Assembly: GCF_006345805.1 (NCBI RefSeq)
Contig: NC_043006.1
Coordinates: forward strand, 16,058,001 to 16,122,000
Source of the DNA: Octopus sinensis
Lineage: Eukaryota
Reading direction: 5' to 3'
DNA: 64,000 bases
Positions 63,328-64,000 of this stretch are shown here, one piece after another (position 1 is the first letter of the stretch; each line of letters starts with the position of its first letter). The notes beneath the pieces were generated by a model. That model saw only the letters and a program-made list of their open reading frames with translations. It did not search any database and was not told the DNA's origin. The translations under genes and the position numbers were made by a program.

Positions 63328-64000
63328 TTGGGTTATCCCATAAGTAATGCGTTTTATTTTTCACTTCTTTTATTTTTCAAAATTAAGATAAACAATTTTT
63401 TTTTAATCTAAAATATATACTTCTTCATTTTCTACAATGCTCTTCCATCTATCTGGGAGACTTGCAAGGCCCTTCTTCCAAAATTCACTTGTCTGTTACG
63501 AAAAGTACTCGTCCAGTACTGTTCTGACCTCGTCTACAGAATTCATATTTTTCCGTCCAAATGATTTTGAAGACTGGGGAATAAATGATAATCAGATGAA
63601 GCTATGTCCGGCAAATATGGTAGGTGGGGTATCGTTTCCCATTAAAACTGCTCCAGCCATTCGAATTTACCCTCGCTGTGTGTGGCCGAACATTATCCTG
63701 ATGGAAGAATGCCTTTCGTCTTGAAACCAAAGATGGTCGTTGTTCTTCAAGCGCTGACTTAAGCCGCTCAAGCTGCTCGCAGTAAATCTCATTTGTTATC
63801 GTTTGGCTTGAGTTTAAACCTTTCAATTTGAGGTGGCTGGAGACCTTCTTTAGATTGGGGTGCTGGTGTTTCTCTTTTCCCTACTCACTATCCTCGGCGC
63901 TAGACATTTTTAAAGAGAACCCAGTCCTCGTTACCAGCACTATTCGATCAAAAAAAGGTGCATTTGTGAGACATATGAAAGAAGATCACATATTCGCTCT
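63328..64000 (-). mobile_element. Decayed mariner (DD34D) transposon, 3' part with right TIR; cut by the window end
   Basis: YCEQLERL, FFHQDNVRPHTAR, PDIASSDYHLFPSLQN, GLASLPDRW; TIR TTGGGTTATCCCATAAGTAATGCG after TA. Confidence 0.92.

Overview
AT-rich, repeat-saturated eukaryotic DNA. By inference it is from an octopus-like coleoid cephalopod, since the SINE families and microsatellite load match my recollection of Octopus genomes. I cannot confidently identify any host protein-coding gene, and nearly all listed ORFs are microsatellite read-through or antisense frames. Supported contents: (i) about 45 copies of four tRNA-derived SINE families, many with clean TSDs, nested or in head-to-tail arrays; (ii) an essentially full-length RTE LINE at 48.36-51.95 kb with a twin-priming-type 5' inversion, inserted with a 12-bp TSD into an R4/Dong 3' fragment that sits in a (TAA)n tract, next to an older RTE; (iii) a decayed R4/Dong RT, a Penelope GIY-YIG fragment, two mariner remnants and several MITEs. 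The most striking unannotated signal is a set of type I hammerhead ribozyme motifs in at least five distinct architectures: canonical minimal, a ~60-nt extended domain II with covariation between two copies, an ultra-minimal zero-loop stem III, U3-A8 core variants, and a ~325-bp retrozyme-like monomer arranged as an inverted dimer. They lie in short non-coding elements that mostly abut (TA)n microsatellites. A candidate NRF1/ACTACA housekeeping-type promoter lies near 46.9 kb. All folds were derived by hand.
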